Assembly: GCA_009695005.1 (NCBI GenBank)
Contig: SIBU01000001.1
Coordinates: forward strand, 77-64,076
DNA: 64,000 bases
Origin: Candidatus Tayloriibacteriota bacterium
GTDB taxonomy: Bacteria; Patescibacteriota; Minisyncoccia; Phycocordibacterales; SIBU01
Reading direction: 5' to 3'
How positions within the stretch are numbered: position 1 is the first letter of the stretch; each line of letters opens with the position of its first letter. The notes under the pieces were generated by a model, which was not told the DNA's origin, ran no database searches, and worked only from the letters and a program-made list of their open reading frames with translations. The position numbers were made by a program, and so were the translations under genes. Positions 40,387 through 49,158 of this stretch are shown in pieces.

Positions 40387-40821
40387 ATGAACAAATATAC
40401 AGTCATACGCAGTAAAAACCTAAAACGAGCAAAAAAACTTCCTGTAGCTAGCGGAGATATTCATTCGATAAGCAAGGCTTGCTTAATAATTGAGATGTTG
40501 ATTCCGCAAATTTCAGCTTGGGTCGAGAGGGTCGCAAAAGGTGAGATATTTTGGAGATTTCCAGTGGGTAACAAGCTACAGTCAAAGTTATTGAAGTTGC
40601 AAAAGAAAGTCTCCAACCCATTCGTGGAAGCGGAGCGCATGACTGCATTTGTAGATTGTAATTTCAACGGGGATGGCGGAGTGGATGGATATTTTTTGAA
40701 AATCGACATCTTTGGTCCCAAAAGCAAAGTGATTGTGCTTATCGGGATTTCATTTACAATCCATGGTGATTATTTGTCCTACTGGGACAGAGAAAATGAA
40801 TTAAGAAATGTTCCCGCCTGA
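40387..40821 (+). CDS. Hypothetical protein
   Basis: 144-aa ORF with SD AAAGGA 7 nt upstream and its own terminator downstream. No motif recognised. Confidence 0.5.
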   Translation: MNKYTVIRSKNLKRAKKLPVASGDIHSISKACLIIEMLIPQISAWVERVAKGEIFWRFPVGNKLQSKLLKLQKKVSNPFVEAERMTAFVDCNFNGDGGVDGYFLKIDIFGPKSKVIVLIGISFTIHGDYLSYWDRENELRNVPA

Positions 40822-40840
40822 AACTGTCTTGATTCATGAC

Positions 40841-40874
40841 GCGTCCGACACTTTATAAGTCGGGCGCTTTTTTA
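40841..40874 (+). terminator. Rho-independent terminator
   Basis: Stem gcgtccgac / gtcgggcgc (one G-U pair), then TTTTTT. Confidence 0.7.
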
Positions 40875-40890
40875 TTTGATCAAAAAAAGC

Positions 40891-40896
40891 TATAAT
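40891..40896 (+). promoter_or_regulatory. TATAAT -10 box 7 nt upstream of the smc ATG
   Basis: TATAAT, then tttccat, then ATG 40904. Confidence 0.4.
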
Positions 40897-40903
40897 TTTC
40901 CAT

Positions 40904-43195
40904 ATGTATTTGAAAAGTCTGGAACTTTCTGGATTCAAATCCTTCGCCAAAAAGACGGAGCTGAATTTTTCAACCCCGATTACTTCGATTGTGGGTCCAA
41001 ACGGCAGTGGAAAGAGCAATATTGCGGAAGCTTTTCGTTTTGTACTTGGCGAGCAGTCCATCAAGTCTATGCGAGGAAAACGCACGGAAGATTTGATATG
41101 GAATGGTGGGGGAGATGCGGCGAGAGCGAACAGAGCGTCTGTTAAAGTGGTTTTTGATAATCATAAAAGAATTTTGAATGTTGATTTTGACGAGGTTTCG
41201 GTTGAGCGTGTGATTTATCGAGATTCTTCAAGCGAATATTTTATTAACGGCACTCAGGTGCGGTTAAAGGATGTTATTGAGCTTCTGGCCGCTGCTCATA
41301 TTGGCTCAAGTGGACACCACATAATTTCCCAAGGCGAAGCGGATAAAATTTTGAATGCCAACGGTCGTGAGCGTCGCGATATGCTTGAAGATGCATTGGG
41401 TCTTAAAATCTATCAATATAAGCGTGAGGAGAGTGAACGTAAGCTTGAGAAGACGGAGGAGAATATGGAAAAAGTGGAATCACTTAGACGTGAAATCGCG
41501 CCTCATTTGAAGTTTCTAAAAAAACAAGTTGAAAAAATTGAAAAAACTATTGAGCTTAAAGAGGAATTGCGTAAACTTGCTAAGGAATATTTTAAGCGTG
41601 AAGATACATTTATAAAGCATAATAAAAATGCGATTGTTGAAGAGAAGAAAAAACCTGAAGACGATTTGAAAAGGCTTCATGAGGAACTCATAAGGGCGAA
41701 AGAAACATTGGAGAAGTCCGCCAGTCGTGATGGTAAATCTAACGAAATCATAAAACTAGAAAATGACTTGTCAGTTTTGCGTTCAGAGAAAGATACTTTT
41801 GTTCGTGAACTCGGTAGAATCGAAGGTTCCATAGGAAGTGAGGAAAGAATTATTCGTCGAGAGGAGGAAAATGCCTTACGTGAGGGTAACCAAAATGTGC
41901 CACTTAAAGAAGTGCAGGCTACGGCCACGATTATTGAGGAAAAAATAAAGGAACTTGAAAATCGTCGTGATGACGGATCTGTTATGGCGTTTTTCACTTT
42001 TGTTCGGAAAACCTTTTCCGAGTTTATTTCGCGACATAAGCAGTCGGGCCCTGTTTCGGTGAGGGCTCAATCAGAGGAAGAGATTTTAAAGTTAAAACAA
42101 GAGAGACTGACACTTGAAGGTAAACTTAAAGATTGTAATGAACGTGAGGTTGTATTACGGAAAAACCTATTCACTCTACAAGAAAGAATTGAGAAAGAAA
42201 AAGATTCAAGCCGCGAAGCTGAACGTGACATGTTCCGTATCATGACTGAGGAAAATAATGTAAGAAGTTTGTTGGCAAGCATTAAATCTAAGGAAGAGAG
42301 GTCGATGCTTTTTGAAGAGAATTTTAAAAGAGACCTCCATGAGGTTGCTTTACTTCTGGGACGTGAGATGTTGGATTTTGCTGTGTTTGCTATTATTTCG
42401 GAACAAGGAGTAACCTTAAATCTTCAAGAGATTACACTTGAAGATCGGACAAAACAAGAAGATCGTAGGCGACTTGTGGAAAAAATGAAGATTAGAATTG
42501 AGGATGCTGGCGCTGGTGGCGGAGAAGAAGTGCTTAAAGAATACAGAGAAACTTCGGAAAGAGATGTTTTTTTGGAAAAGGAACTTTCCGATTTGCATTT
42601 GTCTGCCGATTCTCTTAGAAGTCTCATTAAAGAATTGGAGGAAAAGCTTGATAACGAGTTTCGTGAAGGAGTTTCTACAATTAACATACAATTCGGACAA
42701 TTTTTCACGCTCATGTTCGGTGGAGGTTTTGCTAAACTTGAAATTATTCGTGAAGTAAAGAGAAGAAAAAGCGATACGGATATTGAAATATTGACGGAAG
42801 ACGGGTCAACCGGCGATTCTTTTGAAGAATCGCCGGTTGAAGAAGGTATTGAGATTGAAGTCGGTCTTCCTCGTAAAAAAATCAAAGGTCTCATGATGCT
42901 TTCCGGTGGTGAGCGAGCACTGACTTCTATAGCGCTTCTGTTTGCAATTTCTCAGGTAAATCCTCCACCGTTTGTTATCTTGGATGAAACCGATGCCGCC
43001 CTTGATGAAGCCAATTCAAAAAAGTATGGAGATATGATCGAAAGTCTTTCCAAGCTTTCTCAGCTTATCCTTATTACTCACAATCGCGAGACAATGTCTC
43101 GAGCCGGAGTACTTTACGGTGTGACTATGGGTTCAGGTGGAGTGTCAAAATTGTTGTCTATCGCATTTGATGAAGCTGTTGCTGTAGCGAAGTAA
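40904..43195 (+). CDS. smc: SMC chromosome-condensation ATPase, short form (763 aa) without a recognisable hinge
   Basis: N-terminal head MYLKSLELSGFKSFAKKTELNFSTPITSIVGPNGSGKSNI..FRFVLGEQS. C-terminal head LSGGERALTSIALLFAI...FVILDETDAALDEAN...ITHNRETM..A..LYGVTM. The middle is E/K/R/L-rich coiled coil only. Confidence 0.85.
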   Translation: MYLKSLELSGFKSFAKKTELNFSTPITSIVGPNGSGKSNIAEAFRFVLGEQSIKSMRGKRTEDLIWNGGGDAARANRASVKVVFDNHKRILNVDFDEVSVERVIYRDSSSEYFINGTQVRLKDVIELLAAAHIGSSGHHIISQGEADKILNANGRERRDMLEDALGLKIYQYKREESERKLEKTEENMEKVESLRREIAPHLKFLKKQVEKIEKTIELKEELRKLAKEYFKREDTFIKHNKNAIVEEKKKPEDDLKRLHEELIRAKETLEKSASRDGKSNEIIKLENDLSVLRSEKDTFVRELGRIEGSIGSEERIIRREEENALREGNQNVPLKEVQATATIIEEKIKELENRRDDGSVMAFFTFVRKTFSEFISRHKQSGPVSVRAQSEEEILKLKQERLTLEGKLKDCNEREVVLRKNLFTLQERIEKEKDSSREAERDMFRIMTEENNVRSLLASIKSKEERSMLFEENFKRDLHEVALLLGREMLDFAVFAIISEQGVTLNLQEITLEDRTKQEDRRRLVEKMKIRIEDAGAGGGEEVLKEYRETSERDVFLEKELSDLHLSADSLRSLIKELEEKLDNEFREGVSTINIQFGQFFTLMFGGGFAKLEIIREVKRRKSDTDIEILTEDGSTGDSFEESPVEEGIEIEVGLPRKKIKGLMMLSGGERALTSIALLFAISQVNPPPFVILDETDAALDEANSKKYGDMIESLSKLSQLILITHNRETMSRAGVLYGVTMGSGGVSKLLSIAFDEAVAVAK

Positions 43196-43237
43196 TGAAT
43201 TGAATCAAGGATTAGAATCAGGAATAGTAAATAAAAA

Positions 43238-43258
43238 AACCGCAGATATTGCGGTTTT
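43238..43258. terminator. Bidirectional terminator hairpin
   Basis: Stem aaccgc / gcggtt, flanked by an A-run and a T-run. Sits between convergent genes. Confidence 0.6.
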
Positions 43259-43277
43259 GTGTTGCCTGATTTCTAGG

Positions 43278-43493
43278 TCAGGCACTTTCGAAGTCCGTTT
43301 CCATTCTGGAAAATGGTAAGGATCCTATTTTCCCTTGAAATGTGACAAAAAAGCCGCCGGAGTCACTATCAGAAGAGACATTTTCAACGACTACAATGTC
43401 ACTGGGATGTAGAACAACTGGTTCACCTCTTGTTACGAGGTGCACATCTCGTAAGGGGCGAAGTGTTGCCCCTCTAAGTTCAAATGGTGACAT
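43278..43493 (-). CDS. Hypothetical protein (71 aa)
   Basis: ORF between terminators and the divergent AraC-type gene. No motif recognised. Confidence 0.35.
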   Translation of the reverse strand: MSPFELRGATLRPLRDVHLVTRGEPVVLHPSDIVVVENVSSDSDSGGFFVTFQGKIGSLPFSRMETDFESA

Positions 43494-43694
43494 AAGAGTT
43501 AGAATTCTCTGAATCTATCTTATATAACCCACCGCTTATGTCAAAATTACATTGCTGTCGTAGTTGCGTAGGGTCAGTGAGCCGTTACTTGTAATTAATT
43601 AATTTGAGTTTGGCAACTAGTAAAATTTCTGCTATTGTCTTGCTGGTTTAAAAGTATCGGTCAGGTCTTTTGCTGGTGTCGACATTTGATAATT

Positions 43695-44069
43695 ATGAGA
43701 ACAAAAAGACGGGCATCGAGTTTCTTAAAAAGGGGAGTGGTGGCTAAGACTAAACGATATGTCGAAGCTCACCATTCAGAAAAAATAACTGTCTTCGAAG
43801 TCGCGGAAAAACTAGGCCTTAAAAATTGGTCAAGGTTTCTATCGGTTTTTGAGGAAAAAGTCGGGTTAAGGTTTTCAGAGTTTCTTAGCAATGTTAGAGT
43901 TTTGGCGTCTAGGAAATTTCTCCTTAATCAAAACTATACTGAAACGGAGATTGCTCGTGAAGTTGGCTTTACTAATGTCACCACTTTCAGAAGGGCATTC
44001 TTAAAAAAGTTTGGAGAGACCCCCACTTGTTATCGAAAGCGCATACCTAAGTCGCCTCGTACCGATTAG
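43695..44069 (+). CDS. AraC/XylS-family HTH protein (DNA-binding domain only)
   Basis: ...ITVFEVAEKLGLKNWSRFLSVFEEKVGLRFSEFLSNVRVLASRKFLL...TEIAREVGFTNVTTFRRAFLKKFGETP is the double-HTH AraC pattern. ATG 43695. Confidence 0.75.
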   Translation: MRTKRRASSFLKRGVVAKTKRYVEAHHSEKITVFEVAEKLGLKNWSRFLSVFEEKVGLRFSEFLSNVRVLASRKFLLNQNYTETEIAREVGFTNVTTFRRAFLKKFGETPTCYRKRIPKSPRTD

Positions 44070-44105
44070 AAAAATTTAAGCCGTCCTGTACTAGGGGTCG
44101 GTTTT

Positions 44106-44957
44106 TTATTGTTTTAGTAAAATGACTCCAAGAATAGTTACTATTGTTCCTGCAATTTTAAAAAAAAGATTATTTTTTTCTTTTAATAGAACGATTCCGG
44201 AAATTACTACCACCAAAGAGCTTGTTTGAAGAATTGGATAAGCAATTGTCACAGGAAGAAGTAAATATGTTTTAAGTATACAAAAATATGAAATGGCGGA
44301 CGATACGCTTATACCAACAGCAGGCCAGAATTTATTCTTAAAAACTTCCTTAAAGTTTTCTCTTCTTGGCTGTGGAATTGAGAGGAGTATTAATCCGGGT
44401 ATGAAGTAAACTAGAAAACCATATACATTCGGATCAAAAAATCCAAGAGAAAATTTATCCATAATCGGGGCGATGGCAGCAATCGTGGACGATAGAATTG
44501 TTAATTGAACACCACGATTTTTAAAATTACCAAATTTTCTTTCAGGATGAAAAATTGCTATAGTAATTCCAAGAGCAATCAGTACTGTTCCGAAAAATGC
44601 TTTCCCACTCCACGATTCCCCCAAGAGTAATATTCCGAGTAGAAATACGACAATTGCCCTTAATTGACTAATAGGTTCTCTCAGTGAAACCGGTGTATGT
44701 TTATGCGAATTTAAGCTCGTTACCGCGATAATTGCCCAAACTATACTTGCCAGAGTAAGGGCTAATAGTGGTGTAGTGTTACTTGGAAAAGAGAAATGGA
44801 TTATTGCAGATGGAAGAAATATTAACGCAGCGGTAAATTGAATAAAAATTGCAAGACCTAAAACATTTGTTGTTTCTGCACTATAACGGCTTAGAATTTT
44901 TGAACTTGCTCCAAAGATTATAGCTCCTAAAATATAAATTATAGAAATAGGTGTCAT
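44106..44957 (-). CDS. EamA/DMT-family transporter
   Basis: 283 aa with about 10 hydrophobic helices in two halves (EamA-like). Its start overlaps the rnr stop by 4 nt. Confidence 0.7.
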   Translation of the reverse strand: MTPISIIYILGAIIFGASSKILSRYSAETTNVLGLAIFIQFTAALIFLPSAIIHFSFPSNTTPLLALTLASIVWAIIAVTSLNSHKHTPVSLREPISQLRAIVVFLLGILLLGESWSGKAFFGTVLIALGITIAIFHPERKFGNFKNRGVQLTILSSTIAAIAPIMDKFSLGFFDPNVYGFLVYFIPGLILLSIPQPRRENFKEVFKNKFWPAVGISVSSAISYFCILKTYLLLPVTIAYPILQTSSLVVVISGIVLLKEKNNLFFKIAGTIVTILGVILLKQ

Positions 44958-46909
44958 TGTAGAGAATAGTCCAATGTTTTGCGCTCAATATCGGCTCCGG
45001 AAACTTTAAATTTTATCTTATCACCAAGTGAAAATCTTTTCTTTGTTTTCTCACCAACTAGAGAGTAGGTTTTTTCCTCCAGTACATAATAGTCGTCACC
45101 AAGATCACGAAGTTTAATCATACCTTCACATCTTGTGTCTTTTTCCTCAATGTACATTCCCCATTCTGTGACGCCTGAAATAATGCCATCAAAAGTTTGT
45201 CCCACTCTCTCACTCATATATTCAACCTGCTTTAATTTTTTTGAATCTCGTTCGGCTTCAGCTGCTGCAATTTCCTGCTCAGAATTCTCGCGTGCCATTT
45301 TTTCATACGAGTGCCACTCGTTTTGTGGAATACCTGTACCGTTTAAATGATGAAAAAGCACCCTGTGGACTAGAAGGTCGGCATAACGTCGGATAGGGGA
45401 GGTAAAGTGCGTGTAATAGTCAAATGAGAGCCCAAAATGGCCTATATTGATAGTAGAGTAAATAGCTTTAGCCATGCTTCTGACTGCTGCGGTTTTAATC
45501 ATTGATTCTTCAGCGCGACCTTCAATTTTACTAAACAATACTTGTAAGTCTTTTGCGGATACGTTGCCTCCACGCATTGTTAAATCAAAACCTAGTGCTT
45601 TAAGAAAAATTCCTAAGTTCGCAATTCGCTCGCGGTCAGGGAGATCATGAATTCGGTAGATAAAAGGCTCATCACTTTTTTTATTTTCGCGCGCTTTGAA
45701 AATAAATTCGGCAACTTCTTTGTTGGCTAGAAGCATGTATTCTTCAACCAATTTATGAGTATCAAGACGCTTCTTTTTATAAATTTTAATTGGTCTACCT
45801 GTTTCATCAAGTTCAAAACGAACCTCGTCCTGTTCGAAGTCTATGGCGCCTTTTTTGAATTTCTCATCGCGCATCTTTTTTGCGAGCGCGTTCAGTGTTT
45901 CTAGTTCGTTTTTATGTTCCGTTGATTTTCCGTCTAAAACATCTTGGGCCGCTTCATAGGTGAAGCGTTTGGCCGAGTGGATTATTGTCTTACCAAACCA
46001 GCGACTTTTTACTTTACCTTGAGCGTCCAATTCAAATACAGCTGAAAAAGTAAGACGATCTTCGTTCGGCTTCAAACTGCAGACCTCATTTGAAAGGGCC
46101 TCAGGAAGCATCGGGATAGTGCGGTCTACAAGATAGACTGAAAATCCGCGCTTTAAGGCCTCGCGGTTTAATTCAGTGTGTTCGCGGACAAAGTGCGACA
46201 CATCTGCAATATGTACACCTATTTCAAAATTTCCATTTGGAAGTTTCTTGAAAGAAATGGCGTCGTCAAAATCTTTAGCATCGATTGGGTCAATCGTGAA
46301 AGTTAATGTTTGACGAAAATCTCGACGTTTTGCTAGTTCATTTGGGGTTATGGTGCCAAAGTTTTTTGATATGGACTCTGCTTCTTCCTCAACTTCGGGC
46401 GGAAATTCGGTAGCAAAACCTTTGCTCATAACAATGGCGGACATTTCGACATCATGAATACCTTTCTTGCCGATTATCTTGATTATTTTTCCTTCGGGAT
46501 TTCTGTTTGGGTCAGTCCAGTCATTTATTTTCACCAACACTTTGATGTTATCCTGAGCTTCAGAGCTCACGTCTCCAACTATGGCAATATCCTTGTAGAC
46601 TTTTTTGTCGTCGGGAATGAGGAATAGACGGCCGTTTTCATGTTCTAGTGTGCCAACGAATTCCATCTTCGCTCTTTTAATAATTTTGGTTACTTTACCT
46701 ACGGTTCTTCCTTTAACTTTTTTTGGTAAGATGACGAATTCAACCTCGTCTTTGTTGAGAGCAGTGTTTAAATTTTCGTTTTCAATTAAAATATCTTCCT
46801 CTTTGCCTTGAATTTCAATAAAACCAAGGCCTTTGCCTGCGATGCGGATGATACCGGTAAGTATCGGATGTTTGCTCGTTGCCTCGGAGGTTTTTTGACT
46901 TTTCTTCAT
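44954..46909 (-). CDS. rnr: Ribonuclease R (RNB-family 3'-5' exoribonuclease)
   Basis: DPIDAKDFDDAIS, LVDRTIPMLP, HFGLSFDYYTHFTSPIRRYADLLVHR, and a C-terminal S1 domain (GIISGVTEWGMYIE). ATG 46909 is preceded by TGtTAAACT and 8 nt. Confidence 0.9.
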   Translation of the reverse strand: MKKSQKTSEATSKHPILTGIIRIAGKGLGFIEIQGKEEDILIENENLNTALNKDEVEFVILPKKVKGRTVGKVTKIIKRAKMEFVGTLEHENGRLFLIPDDKKVYKDIAIVGDVSSEAQDNIKVLVKINDWTDPNRNPEGKIIKIIGKKGIHDVEMSAIVMSKGFATEFPPEVEEEAESISKNFGTITPNELAKRRDFRQTLTFTIDPIDAKDFDDAISFKKLPNGNFEIGVHIADVSHFVREHTELNREALKRGFSVYLVDRTIPMLPEALSNEVCSLKPNEDRLTFSAVFELDAQGKVKSRWFGKTIIHSAKRFTYEAAQDVLDGKSTEHKNELETLNALAKKMRDEKFKKGAIDFEQDEVRFELDETGRPIKIYKKKRLDTHKLVEEYMLLANKEVAEFIFKARENKKSDEPFIYRIHDLPDRERIANLGIFLKALGFDLTMRGGNVSAKDLQVLFSKIEGRAEESMIKTAAVRSMAKAIYSTINIGHFGLSFDYYTHFTSPIRRYADLLVHRVLFHHLNGTGIPQNEWHSYEKMARENSEQEIAAAEAERDSKKLKQVEYMSERVGQTFDGIISGVTEWGMYIEEKDTRCEGMIKLRDLGDDYYVLEEKTYSLVGEKTKKRFSLGDKIKFKVSGADIERKTLDYSLQ

Positions 46910-46917
46910 AGTGTGGT

Positions 46918-46926
46918 AGTTTAACA
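46918..46926 (-). promoter_or_regulatory. Extended -10 (TGtTAAACT) 8 nt upstream of the rnr ATG
   Basis: The complement of agtttaaca reads tgttaaact, followed by accacact and then ATG. Confidence 0.4.
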
Positions 46927-47005
46927 TAAGAAGAGTTTGAACACCAACGTGTTGTTGGTTTCGAGCTTCTAATAATAAAAGCAAGACAACGTTTGTTTAG
47001 AAATT

Positions 47006-47302
47006 ATGACACAAAGAGCTCCAAATATAGCAGTATGGTTTGACAAAAATAAGGCCGCAATCGAGGATGTTGATGTCACTGATATGGATGAAAGCACGTA
47101 TCGCAACTTTCACGCTGAAGCCTTGGCTAAGGGTGAAATGGTTCTTGACTTTTTTACCTCAACTGTGGAAAACAGTATCGGTGCGGTTTTAGGAGGTCTT
47201 GTCGATTTGAATAACGATGATTCAGTTACTCAATTCAACCATATTATGATGCAATATGCTCTGTTCTTTTACAGGCTTGGACAAACTTCGGTAAAGGCTT
47301 AA
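47006..47302 (+). CDS. Hypothetical protein (98 aa)
   Basis: ORF with a downstream terminator. No motif recognised. Confidence 0.4.
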   Translation: MTQRAPNIAVWFDKNKAAIEDVDVTDMDESTYRNFHAEALAKGEMVLDFFTSTVENSIGAVLGGLVDLNNDDSVTQFNHIMMQYALFFYRLGQTSVKA

Positions 47303-47335
47303 AGTGTAAGCAACTCTAAATCCAGCTCTCGTGTA

Positions 47336-47360
47336 AAGGCAACCTGCGGTTGCCTTTTTT
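47336..47360 (+). terminator. Rho-independent terminator
   Basis: Stem aaggcaacc / ggttgcctt with a 3-nt loop, then TTTTTT. Confidence 0.75.
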
Positions 47361-47368
47361 AATTGGTA

Positions 47369-47377
47369 TGTTAGTAT
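47369..47377 (+). promoter_or_regulatory. Extended -10 (TGtTAGTAT) 7 nt upstream of the rpsP ATG
   Basis: tgtTAGTAT, then tgcctcc, then ATG 47385. Confidence 0.45.
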
Positions 47378-47384
47378 TGCCTCC

Positions 47385-47756
47385 ATGTTAAAAATCAGAT
47401 TACAGAGGGTGGGCAGGACCAATATCCCGACGTTTCGTGTGGTTTTGACCGACTCAAAAAACAGCACTAAAAGTGGCCGTTTTCTTGAAGTTTTGGGTTC
47501 ATACGATCCTCGCGATGATAAGAGTAAATTAATTAAAACTGATCGAGTCAAGTATTGGATTTCTAAAGGAGCTCAGCCTTCAGACACACTTCATAACTTT
47601 TTGGTTCACACCAAGGTGATTGAAGGAAAGAAGAAAAATGTTCTTCCTTTTAAAAGACCAATCAAAAAAGAGGAGGAAGTTAAAAAGGAAGCTGAATCGA
47701 AAGTTGCTCCTGCCACCCCTGTGGCTGAGGTTTCAAAAGAAGAAGTAAAAGCCTAA
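47385..47756 (+). CDS. rpsP: 30S ribosomal protein S16 with a Lys/Glu-rich C-terminal extension
   Basis: MLKIRLQRVGRTNIPTFRVVLTDS...LEVLGSYDPR...W...GAQPS. Confidence 0.9.
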   Translation: MLKIRLQRVGRTNIPTFRVVLTDSKNSTKSGRFLEVLGSYDPRDDKSKLIKTDRVKYWISKGAQPSDTLHNFLVHTKVIEGKKKNVLPFKRPIKKEEEVKKEAESKVAPATPVAEVSKEEVKA

Positions 47757-47767
47757 ATTAAAACAAT

Positions 47768-47803
47768 AAACCCCCGTCCCGACATTCCTCGGGACGGGGG
47801 TTT
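47768..47803 (+). terminator. Rho-independent terminator
   Basis: 13-bp stem aacccccgtcccg / cgggacgggggtt, then ttg. Confidence 0.7.
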
Positions 47804-47940
47804 GTCCTTACTTTCCACTTTACACATTACAGTTTTAACTTTATACTTGCATCTAGCAGTACGTAAGAACGGCGGAACATTATTATTGCCGCAATAACGG
47901 TCGAAACTGCTGAATGAATTACAAATCAAATACTACTTAG

Positions 47941-48258
47941 ATGAAACAAGAAAGTGATGTTCAGTTTCTCGAGTACGTGGTGAAAGCTCTCGTTGATAAT
48001 CCGAATGATGTAAAAATTGTTCGAACTGTTGACGAGATGGGTGTGCTTTTGACTCTATCTCTCAGTCCAGCCGATATGGGTAAGATTATCGGACGAATGG
48101 GAAATACTGCCAAGGCTATCCGAACACTCCTTAGGGTTGTAGGTATGAAGAATAACGCTCGTGTTAATCTCAAAATCAACGAACCTGAAGGCGCAGCTCC
48201 TCGTGAAATGAAGACAACCAAAACGGTTGACGAGGCGATGGCGGATCTTAAGATCTAA
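47941..48258 (+). CDS. KH-domain RNA-binding protein (YlqC/UPF0109-like)
   Basis: LVDNPNDVKI...LSLSPADMGKIIGRMGNTAKAIRTLL is a KH GxxG motif. It sits in the usual position after rpsP. Confidence 0.8.
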   Translation: MKQESDVQFLEYVVKALVDNPNDVKIVRTVDEMGVLLTLSLSPADMGKIIGRMGNTAKAIRTLLRVVGMKNNARVNLKINEPEGAAPREMKTTKTVDEAMADLKI

Positions 48259-48279
48259 GAAAAAAGGAGAGAAAACAAA

Positions 48280-48308
48280 ATGCCGCACTAAATGCGGCAT
48301 TTTGTTTT
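48280..48308 (+). terminator. Rho-independent terminator
   Basis: Stem atgccgca / tgcggcat, then TTTGTTTT. Confidence 0.75.
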
Positions 48309-48487
48309 CTTGCTTTTCTGTGCCACAGTGCCAAGTTGTGGGGAGTTCCTTGTTGAAGTATCAGACTTTCTTTGTTATAGTCGATTTGGTACCAATGAAG
48401 TAGCATGTGCGCCCTGGTCTCTCGGTCGGACAGGTGGCCCTTGTCTGGCGCAGTTTGGACAACCCCAAACTACCGGGTAATATTCCT

Positions 48488-48527
48488 AACCCCCCACCCC
48501 GCAAATGAGAGATAGTGGTGGGGGGTT
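48488..48527 (+). other. GC-rich 11-bp perfect hairpin upstream of an orphan gene (unassigned RNA structure)
   Basis: Stem aaccccccacc / ggtggggggtt with an 18-nt loop. It lies in a roughly 250-nt non-coding stretch; line 48421-48480 hand-counts to 36/60 G+C. Confidence 0.5.
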
Positions 48528-48560
48528 GTTGTATCTAAAGGTCCTTGAAAGGAATAAAAT

Positions 48561-49070
48561 ATGAAAAATATTAGTGTCGGTTTATTGAAGAGGCTAGCCT
48601 TAGCCGCTGCACCACACGAAGTTGACCCGATTGTTAGATGGCGGAACAAGTCAACGCGGGAATCTTCCGAAGAGATCAATCGATTCAACAACGCCTTGTT
48701 CTGTCTGACAGGGGATGATCGACTGAATCTTGCACTGGATTTGTTTGACGTCGTGGTTCGTGGCCGTGCAGATGAAATTCAGGCTGTTTTCGGGGATAAG
48801 TTTAAATGTCCACTATCTGTTGAATACAAGGTCAATAATCTTGGAGGCGTGATTCAATCGTTGCACGTAGGGCAATTATTCTCAGTATTTCAAAGTAGTT
48901 GCGTTTTGGGTCATCGCTTCAACTGGAGAAAACATATGGACAAGATTTCTTACTACCACTCAGTCATCCTGTCCCGTTGGAGATGGGAAGACCATACAAG
49001 GATTGATGATAATCGACAGCAGGACAATATCCGCTTCTCAATGCAGTTGTCAACCTTGGTGAAAAAGTGA
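48561..49070 (+). CDS. Hypothetical protein (169 aa) occupying the usual rimM position
   Basis: ORF with SD GAAAGGA and a downstream terminator. The sequence does not resemble RimM (no PRC barrel pattern seen). Confidence 0.5.
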   Translation: MKNISVGLLKRLALAAAPHEVDPIVRWRNKSTRESSEEINRFNNALFCLTGDDRLNLALDLFDVVVRGRADEIQAVFGDKFKCPLSVEYKVNNLGGVIQSLHVGQLFSVFQSSCVLGHRFNWRKHMDKISYYHSVILSRWRWEDHTRIDDNRQQDNIRFSMQLSTLVKK

Positions 49071-49095
49071 CATTGGTTTCTGTGAGTATTAACAG

Positions 49096-49121
49096 CCGTT
49101 CACTCTTGTGGACGGTTTTTT
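49096..49121 (+). terminator. Rho-independent terminator
   Basis: Stem ccgttcac / gtggacgg (one G-U pair), then TTTTTT. It lies inside the ORF-track 5' extension of trmD. Confidence 0.65.
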
Positions 49122-49158
49122 CTTGCCTTTTTTCTCTACACACTATACTCTAGACGTT

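Noticed and set aside
40834-41164. Small ORFs overlapping the smc 5' end (40834-41085 minus strand, 40876-41145 plus strand, 40970-41164 minus strand)
   Set aside because: They overlap the highly conserved SMC Walker A region or its terminator and promoter, and they have no independent signals.
48292-48480. 62-aa plus-strand ORF and 73-aa minus-strand ORF (48470-48691) in the GC-rich spacer
   Set aside because: The plus-strand ORF begins inside the KH-gene terminator hairpin. The minus-strand ORF overlaps the SD-led 169-aa gene. Both look like by-products of local GC richness.
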